Below are positions 62,560 through 64,000 of a stretch of DNA of 64,000 nt, piece after piece. Location: the NCBI RefSeq assembly GCF_006345805.1, contig NC_043017.1, positions 16,678,001-16,742,000 of the forward strand, in the 5' to 3' direction. The DNA is from Octopus sinensis. Its lineage: Eukaryota. The translations under genes were made by a program, and so were the position numbers. The notes under the pieces are model-generated. The model saw only the letters and a list, made by a program, of their open reading frames with translations, had not been told where the DNA came from and ran no database searches. The stretch's first letter is position 1. The number at the start of each line of letters is the position of its first letter.

Positions 62560-62878
62560 AAGACCTGTTGAGAGCAAGTGAAATCGAAATCGATCAAAAA
62601 TCAATGGAAATTGTAGTTGTGATACCAGTGCTGGTGGCACGTAAAAAGCACCGTCCAAACGTGGCCGTTGCCAGTGCTACCTCAACTGACTTCCGTGCCG
62701 GTGGCATGTAAAAATCACCCACTACACTCACGAAGTGGTTGGCGTTAGGAAGGGCAGCCAGCTGTAGAAACACTGCCAGATCAGACTGGAGCCTGGTGCA
62801 GCCTCCTGGCTTCCCAGACCCCGGTCAAACCGTCCAACCCATGCTAGCATGGACAGTGGATGCTAAACGATGATGATG
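62560..62878 (+). mobile_element. SINE-like family B, longest 5' extent seen
   Basis: aattgtagttgtgatacc leader, two internal units, core and (GAT)n tail. Confidence 0.88.
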
Positions 62879-63495
62879 AAAGTATATGATTTAACTTATT
62901 AAACAAAGTTCAACAAATTCAATCATATTTTACGTAAATGAAGGAGATTAAATGTTAAAATGGATGATAATTTTTTTATTCATGTAGCTATACAATCGTT
63001 TCATGCAGAAAGACAATAAATTCATTTTAAGAATTTGTATTGTCAAAAAGTACTTGTCAGCAGCCAAAAATACGAAAAAAGCTAATAAAACTTTAAGATT
63101 ACACAGGTATGGTGTTCTTACCCATTTTTGTAATGTGTTATTGTTCTTGGAATCATGTCTGTTTAAAACAAGACTTGACTCCAAGAACAAAAATGACTAA
63201 GAACATCATACTTATGTAATTCCAAAGTATTATTAGCTTTTTTCTTATTTTTGGTTACTGACGAGTACTTTTTGACATCTCAAATTCTTAAAATGAATTT
63301 GTCTTTCTGTATGAAACGATTGTACAGCTACATGAATAAAAAAAATTATCATCCATATTAACATTTAATCTTCTCCATTTACGTAAAATATGAAGAAACA
63401 ATGTTAGAAATCTTTTGGAAACTACTCCAATTAAAGGACGAATTCACATTCAACCTTTCAAAAAATATATATATTAACTTATATTTTATATATAC

Positions 63496-63532
<37 letters not shown>

Positions 63533-63536
<4 letters not shown>

Positions 63537-63851
63537 GGGCACGTGGCTTAGTGGTTAGGGCATTCGGCTCATGATCGTAAGGTTGTGAGTTCGATTCCCG
63601 GCGACGCGTTGTGTCCTTGAGCAAGACACTTTATTTCACGTTGCTCCAGTCCACTCAGCTGGCAAAAATGAGTTGTACTTGTATTTCAAAGGGTCAGCCT
63701 TGTCACTCTCTGTGTCACGCTGATTATCCCCGAGAACTACGTTAAGGGTACACGTGTCTGTGGAATGCTCAGCCATTTGCACGTTAATTTCACGAGCAAG
63801 CTGTTCCGTTGATCGTATCAGCTGGGACCCTCATCGTCGTAACCGGCGGAG

Positions 63852-63857
<6 letters not shown>
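63533..63857 (+). mobile_element. tRNA-derived CORE-type SINE (family E) inside (TA)n
   Basis: gtggcttagtggttagg...gagttcgattccc head followed by gttgtgtccttgagcaagacacttt; (TA)n on both sides. Confidence 0.85.
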
Positions 63858-63896
<39 letters not shown>

Positions 63897-64000
63897 CATC
63901 ACCATTTAACATCCAACTTTTATGCTGGCATGAGTTAGATGATTCAACAGGATCTTATGAGTTAAAGAACTGAGTTCATTGTCTACTTCGACATTGTTTC

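Noticed and set aside
50656-63610. tRNA-like strings (~50656-50718, 63536-63610 and the SINE A and D heads) as tRNA genes
   Set aside because: No complete cloverleaf or acceptor stem; most run straight into SINE bodies.
6811-63624. Numerous 60-140-aa ORFs rich in YI, HT or CV repeats, or with recurring SINE peptides
   Set aside because: These are translations of microsatellites and SINE copies, not genes.

Overview
AT-rich, microsatellite-dense eukaryotic DNA. The SINE and MITE repertoire looks like a coleoid cephalopod (Octopus-like); this is an inference from recalled repeat families, not a database result. There are no prokaryotic features, true tRNA/rRNA genes or CRISPR arrays, and most ORF-track entries are microsatellite or SINE noise. 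Main content: (1) a dead CR1-like LINE at the left edge with a near-identical internal tandem duplication and an in-frame RT-to-endonuclease junction; (2) scattered minus-strand exons of an unidentified intron-rich gene, partly linked by matching splice phases; (3) many copies of about five SINE-like families, plus non-autonomous Helitrons, piggyBac-like, Tc1-like and foldback MITEs, and relics of RTE, CR1, Tx1, R4/Dong and Penelope-like retroelements. Most interesting signals: three minimal type-I hammerhead-ribozyme-like motifs (two share a CUGUAGA core variant), microsatellite landing pads for apparently site-preferring retroelements ((AAT)n and (ATCT)n), a perfect template-switch hairpin inside the LINE, and a Helitron carrying one arm of a MITE. 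I found no clear evidence of a wholly new multi-gene system.
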